A stretch of 32,000 nucleotides of DNA, taken from Sinorhizobium meliloti (GTDB taxonomy: Bacteria; Pseudomonadota; Alphaproteobacteria; Rhizobiales; Rhizobiaceae). The translations under genes and the position numbers were made by a program. The stretch lies in assembly GCF_017876815.1 (NCBI RefSeq), contig NZ_JAGIOS010000003.1, positions 810,001 to 842,000 of the forward strand, in the 5' to 3' direction. Positions 17,109-25,699 of the stretch are shown here, one piece after another (the first letter of the stretch is position 1; each line of letters opens with the position of its first letter). Under the pieces are notes generated by a model. It made no database searches and was not told the origin of the DNA. It was given only the letters and a program-made list of their open reading frames with translations.

Positions 17109-18152
17109 GTGGACGCGACCGACAGCCCTCTCGACTGGGTGTTGACGATGGCTCCTTATCGGCGCGACGCCGAGCATTTGGAAGCGCTCTTGGCCCAAAA
17201 TGGCTTGCCCGTCCGGCGCGCGGAGGGCGTGGAAGAGCTGACGGCGCTGTTGGAACAGGGTCCAGGAGTTCTTGTCGCGACCCACGAGGCGCTTAATCCG
17301 GAGGTCCTGGAGGTGATCCGCCGGTATTTGATCGACCAGCCTGAGTGGTCTGAGATGCCCCTCGTCATCCTGCTGGATCGCGCAGTGCCTCAGGCCCGCG
17401 TCCGCGCCGAGCTGTCGGCAGCCTGGCCCCGCTCACGCCAGCTCTATTACCAGCGTCCTGTCACCACGCTGGAATTGCTAAGCGGTATCCAGTCGATTCT
17501 GCTGGCGCGTCTGCGTCAACGCGACATACGCGATCGCATCGAGCGCGAGATCGAACTGCGACGCGAGCTCAACCATCGAGTAAAGAACATCTTGGCCAGC
17601 ATTTCCTCCATCTTCCAGATGACCCGGCGACGCGCTGTTTCACTCGATGAGTTCGCCGAAGATTTCGCGGGCCGGCTCGCGGCGCTTGCCAACGTACATT
17701 CGGCGGTCTTTCAGGCGGACGGTGAAGCGGTCGAATTCTCCAGCGTTGTTGAACTGACCTTCAGTCCATACCGAGTAAGAGGCACGGATCGCCTCGTCTT
17801 CACAGGTCCAACGGTCCTGCTGCGTCCGGATGCAGCGACCACGCTTGCGCTTTGCCTCCACGAGCTGGCGACCAACGCGCTCAAGTATGGTGCGCTCTCG
17901 ACACCAGAAGGCCGGGTCAGCTTGCAATGGTCCGTTTCGCAAGAGGCCGATCTGCTGAGCCTTGAATGGGTCGAGAGTGGAGGTCCGTCAGTGTCGGAGC
18001 CGTCGAGGAGTGGATATGGAACGCGGTACATCCGCTCGGCGTTGTCTAGTCAGTTTGGCACGCCGCCGGTCATCCTGTTTCATCCGCAGGGATTGCGTTG
18101 CATCGTATCGGGCCCGCTTTCGCGCGTATCACCGAGGCAGCCGGAGGTATAG
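17109..18152 (+). CDS. HWE-family sensor histidine kinase with N-terminal pseudo-receiver domain
   Basis: GTG 17109 with GGAGGTG 9 nt upstream. H-box LNHRVKNILASISSIF, N-box HELATNALKYGAL, W-x-E LEWVESGGP, G-box SGYGTRYI. The N-terminal roughly 125 aa have receiver-like alternation (VLTMAPYRRD, VLVATHEAL, PLVILLD) but no acidic pocket or phospho-Asp. No TM segments. Confidence 0.88.
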   Translation: MDATDSPLDWVLTMAPYRRDAEHLEALLAQNGLPVRRAEGVEELTALLEQGPGVLVATHEALNPEVLEVIRRYLIDQPEWSEMPLVILLDRAVPQARVRAELSAAWPRSRQLYYQRPVTTLELLSGIQSILLARLRQRDIRDRIEREIELRRELNHRVKNILASISSIFQMTRRRAVSLDEFAEDFAGRLAALANVHSAVFQADGEAVEFSSVVELTFSPYRVRGTDRLVFTGPTVLLRPDAATTLALCLHELATNALKYGALSTPEGRVSLQWSVSQEADLLSLEWVESGGPSVSEPSRSGYGTRYIRSALSSQFGTPPVILFHPQGLRCIVSGPLSRVSPRQPEV

Positions 18153-18163
18153 GAGATTAAGGT

Positions 18164-18553
18164 ATGGCTCCTTCCGTGTCGCCGTTGCGGATATTCTATC
18201 TCGAAGACAACCCGCTGATCGTCTTTCACATTGAGGCGATGATCGAGGATCTGGGGTATGTCTTTACAGGCTCCGCCAGCAGCTTCGCCGACCTGGTTGG
18301 CAGGATAGAGACGATCGAGGTCGACGGGGTGCTGGTAGATATCGATCTGGCCGATGGGCGCACCGGCCCGGCTGCCGCAAAGTGGCTTCGCCAGCGCGGC
18401 ATTCCAAGCATCTTTGTCACCGGACAGGAAGCGATCGCCGCTGAGTATCCGGAGACAGCGCTCGCAACGATAGGCAAACCGGTGTCGGAAAGCGAACTCG
18501 CCGAGAAACTAGAACTGTTTCGGCTCACCAGCTCCACCAGCAAGACGATCTAA
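18164..18553 (+). CDS. Single-domain response regulator (receiver only)
   Basis: 129 aa, with AGGAGA SD. YLEDNPLI (acidic pair), VLVDIDLADG (phospho-Asp), IFVTG, IGKPV (Lys). No output domain. Confidence 0.88.
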   Translation: MAPSVSPLRIFYLEDNPLIVFHIEAMIEDLGYVFTGSASSFADLVGRIETIEVDGVLVDIDLADGRTGPAAAKWLRQRGIPSIFVTGQEAIAAEYPETALATIGKPVSESELAEKLELFRLTSSTSKTI

Positions 18554-18575
18554 CAATTCATTGCCCTTTGGCTTG

Positions 18576-18607
18576 GGCGCCGCATCTCGCGATCAGTCGG
18601 CGGCGCC
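18576..18607. terminator. GC-rich stem-loop (GGCGCCGC ... GCGGCGCC, 16-nt loop) between the convergent response-regulator and cysA genes
   Basis: Read directly. No U-tract, so function is uncertain. Confidence 0.25.
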
Positions 18608-18923
18608 GCGGCATTCTGCTTCAGCCACTGCACCAAAATGGCCATCCGCAATCTGCTTGGGTCTGCACAGAAATTCCAACCGATCATCCCGGTCTTGCTT
18701 AAACTCCCTGGATGATCACCAGGAGGTACGACTCGAGGCGGGAAACTAGGCGCGACCTGGACGGTCTTCGACGTCTTTAGCGGGTTGTCGGCCATCCACC
18801 CCCACGATGAAAGGATGCTGGGAACTATCCGCATCGGAGGCGCACGAGCTGCTAGATCTGCTAAATTTGCAGACTGCCTTAAGTCCACGGCTTGAAATCG
18901 ACGTCATGAACGCTCCTCCCAGG

Positions 18924-19967
18924 CTACTCGCCACAAAACAGCTTCCACTTCGTGGGGCGGAGCGCGATACAGGTGCGGTCGGCCGAGGACGCCAGCTCGG
19001 GCGGCAACTCAACCTCGATCGACGACTGTGTCTTGCCGAGATCCAATTCGAGGTGGCGCGTGCCCGCTACACGCCGACTCGCCGTGACACGCCCGGCGAG
19101 ACAGCCACTGCCACCCTCAATGAGCTCGACGTCGTGCGGGCGGAAGAAGAGGGTTGCCTGCCCGTCCTGCTCGTTCGCGGCGCGAAGGCCGATTGGGCGA
19201 CCCTCGAACCAGATCTCACCATTGGCAAGCGTGACGTTGAGACAATTGGACTGACCGATGAAGCCGTAGACGAAAGGCGAGACGGGGTGATCGTAGATCT
19301 CGTCGGGGGTGCCGACTTGCTCGATCGCGCCCTTGCTCATCACTACGACGCGGTCGGCAAGCTCGAGTGCCTCTTCCTGGTCATGGGTGACGAAGAGGGT
19401 CGTGTACCCGGTGCGGTCGTGGATTTCGCGGAGCCACCGGCGAAGTTCCTTGCGAACCTGCGCGTCGAGCGCGCCGAAGGGCTCGTCGAGCAGCAGCACG
19501 CTCGGTTCGACCGCCATAGCGCGGGCGAGCGCCACCCGCTGCCGCTGGCCCCCAGAAAGCTGGGCCGGATAGCGTTTTTCGAGCCCAGAGAGCTGCACCA
19601 AGTCGATGAGGTCGAGCGCACGACGGCGGATCTCTGCGGCGGGCGGCCGCCGGTTGGCGGGCCGTACCTTGAGCCCGAATGTGACATTGTCGAGCACCGT
19701 CATGTGGCGGAACAGGGCGTAGTGCTGGAAGACGAAGCCGATATTGCGCTCCTGGACGGTCCTCTTCGATGCGTCCTCGTCGCCGAAGAAGATCATGCCC
19801 TCGGTCGGGCTTTCGAGGCCAGCAATTAGCCTGAGCAGCGTCGTCTTTCCTGAACCCGACGGGCCGAGGAGCGCAATCAGCTCGCCGGAGAGGATGTCGA
19901 GTGTGACGTCGACGAGCGCCGGGAAGCGGCCGAATTCTTTGCGGAGGCTCTCGACCCGGACTTCCAT
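18924..19967 (-). CDS. cysA: Sulfate/thiosulfate ABC transporter ATP-binding protein
   Basis: ATG 19967 ([15 protein letters not shown]); the ORF-track start at 20003 is TTG. Walker [10 protein letters not shown], signature [14 protein letters not shown], Walker [12 protein letters not shown]. CysA-type C-terminal regulatory/TOBE-like domain. Confidence 0.88.
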   Translation of the reverse strand: MEVRVESLRKEFGRFPALVDVTLDILSGELIALLGPSGSGKTTLLRLIAGLESPTEGMIFFGDEDASKRTVQERNIGFVFQHYALFRHMTVLDNVTFGLKVRPANRRPPAAEIRRRALDLIDLVQLSGLEKRYPAQLSGGQRQRVALARAMAVEPSVLLLDEPFGALDAQVRKELRRWLREIHDRTGYTTLFVTHDQEEALELADRVVVMSKGAIEQVGTPDEIYDHPVSPFVYGFIGQSNCLNVTLANGEIWFEGRPIGLRAANEQDGQATLFFRPHDVELIEGGSGCLAGRVTASRRVAGTRHLELDLGKTQSSIEVELPPELASSADRTCIALRPTKWKLFCGE

Positions 19968-20048
19968 CTCTGTGCGCCTTTCAATGTCTTCGACCAGCCG
20001 CAAATCGTCACTGTCGCAAAGGCCAAATACGGCGCCGCCGAGCGCTGA

Positions 20049-21074
20049 CTATCGTCCGGGACTATAGATACGATCGAAGATACCGCCAGCGCCGAAGAAC
20101 TTCGGCTGAGCTTCCTTCCATCCGCCGAACTCGTCAATGGTGACCAGTGTGAGATCGGCGAAGCGGTCGATGTCCTTCTGATCCGCTGCCTCGGGCTTGA
20201 ACGGCCGATAGTAGTGTTTGGCGACGATCTTCTGCCCCACATCACTGTAGAGATAATTGAGGTAGGCTTCCGCCATCTTGCGCGTGCCCTTACGGTCGAC
20301 ATTGCCGTCGACAAGCGCCACCGGCGGCTCGGCTCTGATCGAAATCGAGGGCGTAACGATATCGAAGTTGTCGGGGCCGAGTTCTTCGAGCGCGAGGTAG
20401 GCTTCGTTTTCCCAGGCGAGCAGCACGTCGCCGAGACCGCGCTGGACGAAGGTGGTCATCGCTCCCCACGCGCCAGTGTCGAGAGCGAGAACATGCTTGA
20501 AGAGTTGCGCCACATATTCCTCCGCCTTGGCATCGTCGCCGTTGTTCGTCGCCCGCGCCCACGCCCAGGCCGCCAGGAAATTCCAGCGGGCGCCGCCCGA
20601 GGTCTTCGGGTTAGGCGTGATCACCTGGATGCCTTCCTTGGTCAGATCGCTCCAATCCCTGATGCCTTTCGGGTTACCCTTGCGGACGAGAAAGACGACC
20701 GTCGAGGTGTAGGGAGCGCTGTCGTTCTCAAGACGGGTTTTCCAATCAACAGGGATCTTGCCGGTGGCCTGCGCAATCGCGACGATGTCCGCTTCAAGCG
20801 CGAGCGTCACCACATCGGCGTTCAGGCCGTCGATCACCAAGCGCGCCTGCTTTCCGGAGCCGCCATGCGATGTCTGGATCGTCACCGTCTCGCCCGTATC
20901 CGCCTGCCATTTTTCGGCAAAGGCGGCGTTGAATTCCTTGTAGAGTTTCCGTGTCGAGTCATAGGACACGTTCAGGATCGTCGTGTCCGCCTGAGCGAGA
21001 CCGATATAACCGAGCTGCAGCATTCCGACCAGAAGAGCTCGTTTCACGACTTCGGCAAGTCTATCGGTTCGCAT
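20049..21074 (-). CDS. sbp: Periplasmic sulfate/thiosulfate-binding protein (Sbp/CysP)
   Basis: ATG 21074 is preceded by AAGGAGG. Signal peptide ...LLVGMLQLGYIGLAQA. Sulfate-binding-protein motifs (NVSYDSTRKLY, TSHGGSGKQARLVIDGLNADVVTLALEADI, NPKTSGGARWN). Confidence 0.88.
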   Translation of the reverse strand: MRTDRLAEVVKRALLVGMLQLGYIGLAQADTTILNVSYDSTRKLYKEFNAAFAEKWQADTGETVTIQTSHGGSGKQARLVIDGLNADVVTLALEADIVAIAQATGKIPVDWKTRLENDSAPYTSTVVFLVRKGNPKGIRDWSDLTKEGIQVITPNPKTSGGARWNFLAAWAWARATNNGDDAKAEEYVAQLFKHVLALDTGAWGAMTTFVQRGLGDVLLAWENEAYLALEELGPDNFDIVTPSISIRAEPPVALVDGNVDRKGTRKMAEAYLNYLYSDVGQKIVAKHYYRPFKPEAADQKDIDRFADLTLVTIDEFGGWKEAQPKFFGAGGIFDRIYSPGR

Positions 21075-21633
21075 ATCAACCTCCTTGCTTAGCTGGATGA
21101 AACTACCCCCCGAACGCCAGACGGGAAAGCCGAGATGGAGGCGATTGTGCGGCGCCCGTGCGCAATGTGCCATACGTGATCGGCGCGCTCAAACTCGCTT
21201 TTCCTGCGCATGGAATTTGGCAAGCCGATTGAGCGACGAAGCGACCGATCCGGAAGGTGGAACCACCGGCATCCATCGTGCGATTATCGGATGGTGGCGC
21301 CTAGAGAACATGGTGCTGGAGCCGCTCTTCAAGCCGACTGATTGATTGAAAGGGTGCGATTGTCTTATCTGCAGCGACGCCTCAGGCCCATGGGGTAAGC
21401 CCCCGGGGTCTGTATCGAACTTGATTGCAGGGATAATCGGTTGAGGCGCGGCTATGTCCGGATGGTCGGAGAGCTTCACGATCGTCGGCTGGCTTGAGGC
21501 CATGATGGCGCGCCGTCTCTGCACGTCAGCTCCGGCCAGAAAGATTGCCGGAGCGGCCGGGGACCCTCATTCTTCACCCGAAGCGGCCCGGCAGGCGCGG
21601 GAACAGGTTGCCACCAACCGCAGCTTCACTGCT

Positions 21634-21825
21634 TTAAGTCTTGTCGACAGCGCCTTTAACTGCGTCCTTTAACTTTCCCTTGGCTTGCTGGGCACCGCCC
21701 TTTGCCTCTTGCGCTGCGCCTTTGGCGCGGAGCGAGTTGTTGTCGGTTGCATCGCCCGCGGCCTTCTTGGCCTTACCAGCGAGCTCATTGGCCTTGCCGG
21801 CCACTTTGTCCTTTGCACTGCCCAT
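21634..21825 (-). CDS. csbD: CsbD-family general stress protein
   Basis: 63 aa from ATG 21825: MGSAKDKVAGKANELAGKAKKAAGDATDNNSLRAKGAAQEAKGGAQQAKGKLKDAVKGAVDKT. The sequence is typical of CsbD-like proteins. Confidence 0.8.
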   Translation of the reverse strand: MGSAKDKVAGKANELAGKAKKAAGDATDNNSLRAKGAAQEAKGGAQQAKGKLKDAVKGAVDKT

Positions 21826-21874
21826 GGGGGTCTCCCGGTTTGGAGGACGCGACTTGCGCCGCCACAGACGCTCG

Positions 21875-21900
21875 AACGAGCGGCTCGGCGCTTTTGTTCC
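21875..21900 (-). promoter_or_regulatory. EcfG/RpoE2-type general-stress promoter (GGAAC-N17-CGTT) upstream of csbD
   Basis: The minus strand reads GGAAC aaaagcgccgagccgct CGTT. On the plus strand this is GTTCC at 21896-21900 and AACG at 21875-21878. The -10 element ends 49 nt upstream of the csbD ATG. Confidence 0.55.
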
Positions 21901-21927
21901 CACTTGATCTGGATCAGCCAGCACGCA

Positions 21928-22263
21928 TCAGCACAGGCTGCGGTCCTCCAACCGTTTGCCGAGATCCTCGCACTTGGAATCCGAAGTGGTCAGCTCCACG
22001 ATCCAACTTTCGCCTCCGGCACGGGAAGCTTAGCCCAACCGGCAATGATTGGAGAGGATCAGGAATTCCGCTCGCGTGGTGGCCAAAGACCCAACGGCGG
22101 CGTCGGTTGCCGCGCCATTGTGAGGCTTGGTATTACCGCTATTACCGCATGCGACTCGCTCCCGGTTGCCGTTGCACTCGATACATATGCGATCTTCGAA
22201 GCACGAAATTGGAACGTTGGGCGAATGAAGGACGTATGCGCCACTGGCGATTGTGTTGTTCAC
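21928..22263 (-). pseudogene. Cys-rich hypothetical ORF interrupted by one in-frame TAA
   Basis: The 77-aa ORF (..SCFEDRICIECNGNRERVACGNSGN..) continues in the same frame after TAA 22030-22032 for 33 more codons (ASRAGGESWIVELTTSDSKCEDLGKRLEDRSLC). GC content is lower than the surroundings. No family recognised. Confidence 0.15.
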
Positions 22264-22540
22264 AGCCCTGACCCCTGCCAGACCGCTATGCTTGGGACGT
22301 TTCGAGACGGTTAGGCAGCGAAAGCCAGATGGCGCTTGTGCCTCTGGGAGGAGGCGCGGCAGATGGCCTTCGCCCGTACGTGCTCAACCAACACGAAGCT
22401 ATCCGCCTGAACGTCGCGGACCTCTCCGTCTCTTTTTCGAGGACGGGGTTTCACTATCTCGAACATCACGAAGCATTAGCGTTCACCATGGGAGAGCGTG
22501 CGGCCCCCTGTCTTGAGAGGGTGATGCTTGCGGGGCCCCC

Positions 22541-23764
22541 TCAAAACACCTTCCCTTCCCTCAGATGCGTGGTCGTGCCGTTCAGCAGATAGTCGCCCAG
22601 CACACGCGATTTGTGCAGCAACGGGTTGTGGTTGAGTATCGTGCGGATATTGCGCCAGTGCCGATCGAAGTTGTTGTTGCGGGAGGTCGCCGACCCGCCT
22701 CCGAGCTCGAACATGCGCCCGGCGCTTCGCAATCCGAGCTGACCAAGAACGAGTTGCGTTCGCGCCGTCGAAAGCGCACTGGCGATCAAGGCATCCTCGA
22801 TCTCGACATCCGTTCCCACTCCGAGTGCGGCAGCCGAGCGGTCCAGCGCCTCCGCAGCTGTTGCGACCGCCGCATCGATAGCAAAGGAATTCGCAGCGAT
22901 TTCGCCGATAACCTGCTGGACGAAAGAATCTTCACTTGCCGTTTCGGCGCTGCTGTGGGCGGCGGAGCGCGCCTGTTTCCGGACATAGGCGAGCCCGTCC
23001 GACAGAACGTTGCGCACGGCGCCGGCGGCGCTCGCCGCCAGATGCAACTGGCGCAGTGTCGAACAATGCCGGCCAACGAGACTGTCGAGGGTGCGGCGGG
23101 ACAACTCGTGCGGAAATACCTCGACATTGTCGAGGATCACACTGCCGCTTGCCGTTAGTCGCTGCCCCATGCCATCCCAATCGTCGAGAATTGTGATGCC
23201 TTGCCTGTCGACTGGCAGCAGAACACCGACTGCCTGCCCTTCCTCATCCAGCGCACTGAACGAAGCAAAATCGGCGAAGGCCGTTCCGGTGGCGTACCAT
23301 TTTCGGCCGTTGAGCCTATAGGTTTCACCCTGCCTGACAATCTTCGTCGTCACCTGTCCAGGACGGGCCGTGCCCTGCTCGGTGTGGGCACCGCCGAAGA
23401 GCTTTCCAGCGAGGATCAATTCAATCGCACCGCCGTCGCGCTCGCGAGGTTCGCTCAAGATGACGTTTTCAACATAGTTGAAATGCGCTCTCAGCGCATG
23501 TGCGACGTTCGAATCGGCAGCGCCAATCGCGGCTATCATCTCGATATAGTCGGCAACCGAACCGCCCGGCCCCCCGAGTGAAACCGGGACACGGAGGGTC
23601 CCAAGTTCCAGTTCACGGAAAAGCTCAAAGGCTTCGAAGGGGAGCTTACGCGAAAGATCTCGCTCGGCCGCACCCTTTGCGACTTCGGACACGAAGGCAG
23701 GAATGCGCGCAAGAAGTTCCGCGCGTGTTGGGCGGGACTCGGTCAGCGCCTTGGTTATCGTCAC
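22541..23764 (-). CDS. sfnB: SfnB/DszC-like flavin-dependent sulfur-acquisition oxidoreductase (acyl-CoA dehydrogenase fold)
   Basis: 407 aa; GTG 23764 with GGAG upstream. ACAD-like fold. The C-terminal ..GGGSATSRNNNFDRHWRNIRTILNHNPLLHKSRVLGDYLLNG..GKVF is what I recall as characteristic of the SfnB family. Confidence 0.75.
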   Translation of the reverse strand: MTITKALTESRPTRAELLARIPAFVSEVAKGAAERDLSRKLPFEAFELFRELELGTLRVPVSLGGPGGSVADYIEMIAAIGAADSNVAHALRAHFNYVENVILSEPRERDGGAIELILAGKLFGGAHTEQGTARPGQVTTKIVRQGETYRLNGRKWYATGTAFADFASFSALDEEGQAVGVLLPVDRQGITILDDWDGMGQRLTASGSVILDNVEVFPHELSRRTLDSLVGRHCSTLRQLHLAASAAGAVRNVLSDGLAYVRKQARSAAHSSAETASEDSFVQQVIGEIAANSFAIDAAVATAAEALDRSAAALGVGTDVEIEDALIASALSTARTQLVLGQLGLRSAGRMFELGGGSATSRNNNFDRHWRNIRTILNHNPLLHKSRVLGDYLLNGTTTHLREGKVF

Positions 23765-23775
23765 ACGTCAACTCC

Positions 23776-23823
23776 GAAAATGAAGAAAAGGAGAGTGCAG
23801 TCGGTCGACCCGCCGGCTGCACT
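23776..23823 (-). terminator. Stem-loop plus T-rich tract between the family-5 binding-protein gene and sfnB (terminator/attenuator candidate)
   Basis: The minus strand reads AGTGCAG-c-CGG-cgggtcga-CCG-a-CTGCACT, followed by CTCCTTTTCTTCATTTTCGG. Confidence 0.5.
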
Positions 23824-23851
23824 GGCGCCTCCGACGATTACGCCGGGATCA

Positions 23852-25483
23852 TTACGATTGCCCGTCGAGATAAATGTCCGCCCCGTTGCTCCAGAGATGC
23901 TCGACACCCAGTTTCAGGTTCTTCACCCGCTTGTCGTAGACGGTGATCACCGCCGGCGTGACGATATCGAGCGTCGGTAAGTCCTCGACCACCAGCTTCT
24001 GGAACTCGTTGAAGAGTTCCAACCGCTTCTTCGGGTCGATCTCGACGGCGGCCGTTTCGAGCAGCCGGTCGACTTCCGGATTCGAATATTTGGAACCGTT
24101 GGTGAAGGGGACGCCCGGTTTGAAGTTTTTCGACCAGTAGAGGCGCTGGACGCCGACGGTCGGGTCGTAGAGATTGCTCATGCCCTCGATGGCGATGTCG
24201 AAGTCTCGATCAGTGAAGACGCGCTTGACGAAAGTCGCGAAGTCCTGCGTTCGCAGTTCCACCTTGATGCCAACCTTGGCAAGCGCCTGTGCGATGTATT
24301 CCGCGGTCTGCTTGGGAGGACCGGACGGCTGGGTCGGATCGATGAACAGCTTGAAGCGAAAACCATCGGCGCCGCGCGCGTAACCTGCCTCATCCAAAAG
24401 CTTCTCGGACTTCGCCGGGTCGAACTCGTACTTGGGAAGGTCCGGCGAGTAGAACTGCGCAAGGTCCGGGCTAACCGGTCCGTCGAGGCGGGTGGCGTAG
24501 CCGAGGTAGACGGTGTTGACGATGAAATCCTTGTCGACCGCATGCGCGATCGCATGTCGCACCTTGATGTCGGCCAGATACTTGTTCTCAAGGTTGAACT
24601 CCGCGCGGGCAATGCTCGGTGAATACGGCGCCGGGTCGGTATCGACGACGAGGTTCGGTTTGGCCTTCAGCCGGTCGATATCGGTCAGCGGCAGGTTGGC
24701 CGTCGAGACCTGCACCTCGCCGGTCTCGATCGCGGCCACAGCTGCGGCGGGGTCGACGATGAACCGGAAGATGATCTGGTCGAGGTACGGCTTTGGCGAC
24801 CCCCAATAGTCTTCGTTGCGCACGAAAAGCGCGTGACTTCCGCGAACCCATTCGACGAACTTGTAAGGGCCGGTGCCAACCGGCGCGACGTTGTGCGGGT
24901 TTTCAGCAATCTTCGTTCCCTCGTAGAGATGTTTGGGAACGATCGGCGCTTCGAAGCTGGCGAAGGCGGTCAGCAGGTACGGAGCCGGTTTCGCAAGGGT
25001 CAGTTCCACCTCATGCGAATTGAGGACATTCGCCTCTTTCACATGCGCGAAGGTCGCCCGGCCGCGCGGATGGTTCTCCTTCAGCGCCAGGATTGAAAAA
25101 GCGACGTCTTCAGCAGTGAAATCCCTGCCGTCGTGCCAGCGCACGTCCTGACGCAGCTTGAACCAGTAGCGCAGGCCATCTTCGCTCACCGTCCACTCCG
25201 TGGCGAGCAGAGGTTGAGGATTGAAATCCTTGTCGTAGCTCAGCAGGCTCTCGGTCGCCTTGCCGCTGATGTAATAGGCAGCGCCGGCACTGTGGGCAAT
25301 GAGCACGAGAACCGGCGGCTCCGTGCCGATGTTGATCGAGACGCTGCCGCCGCGCGTCGGCTCCTCGGCAGCGAACGAGGGCACCGGCAGCACTGGCATG
25401 GCAGTCGCGGTTGCAAGTGCAACGGAGGAAAGGAGGAACGCGCGTCGCGTAAGCTTCAAAATCGCAGTCTTTCTTGATGTCAT
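23852..25483 (-). CDS. ABC transporter substrate-binding protein, family 5 (peptide/nickel/glutathione type), Tat-type signal peptide
   Basis: 543 aa. The N-terminus LKLTRRAFLLSSVALATATAMP resembles a twin-arginine signal. The body is DppA/OppA/GsiB-like (RGGSVSINIGTEPP, VRWHDGRDFTAEDV, GTGPYKFVEW). Confidence 0.88.
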   Translation of the reverse strand: MTSRKTAILKLTRRAFLLSSVALATATAMPVLPVPSFAAEEPTRGGSVSINIGTEPPVLVLIAHSAGAAYYISGKATESLLSYDKDFNPQPLLATEWTVSEDGLRYWFKLRQDVRWHDGRDFTAEDVAFSILALKENHPRGRATFAHVKEANVLNSHEVELTLAKPAPYLLTAFASFEAPIVPKHLYEGTKIAENPHNVAPVGTGPYKFVEWVRGSHALFVRNEDYWGSPKPYLDQIIFRFIVDPAAAVAAIETGEVQVSTANLPLTDIDRLKAKPNLVVDTDPAPYSPSIARAEFNLENKYLADIKVRHAIAHAVDKDFIVNTVYLGYATRLDGPVSPDLAQFYSPDLPKYEFDPAKSEKLLDEAGYARGADGFRFKLFIDPTQPSGPPKQTAEYIAQALAKVGIKVELRTQDFATFVKRVFTDRDFDIAIEGMSNLYDPTVGVQRLYWSKNFKPGVPFTNGSKYSNPEVDRLLETAAVEIDPKKRLELFNEFQKLVVEDLPTLDIVTPAVITVYDKRVKNLKLGVEHLWSNGADIYLDGQS

Positions 25484-25699
25484 CTTAGTATCCCTAAGGG
25501 CGCGCCCACGGCAGCGCCGATTTCTCCCGCACCCTCAAGGGCGATAGTCAGACCATATAAAATACACTAAAATATCGAGATAGAAGATTCCCAAGATCTC
25601 TCGCATTTCTGAAAAAACCTACTCAGTCCACGGCGTTTGCCGCATCCCTCTCGATGGGTGCCGTGTGGGCAGTGGGGAAAAGTTCGGCGTCGCATTCCT

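Noticed and set aside
16251-17285. 344-aa minus-strand ORF. Similar long antisense ORFs are at 6647-7453, 7496-8095, 9803-10501, 10758-11462, 13461-14363, 18807-19829, 20214-21092, 26106-27281 and 28161-29702
   Set aside because: Each is the mirror of a gene with strong family motifs on the other strand. None shows motifs, signal peptides or sensible starts of its own. They are high-GC frame shadows.
18554-18923. ORFs 18550-18888 (-), 18561-18749 (+) and 18746-19012 (-) in the response-regulator/cysA convergent spacer
   Set aside because: No motifs and mutually overlapping. The spacer is best treated as non-coding, with one GC-rich hairpin.
21189-21524. 111-aa minus-strand ORF upstream of sbp
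   Set aside because: Mixed codon bias, no SD, no recognisable family. It more likely covers the sbp promoter and leader region.
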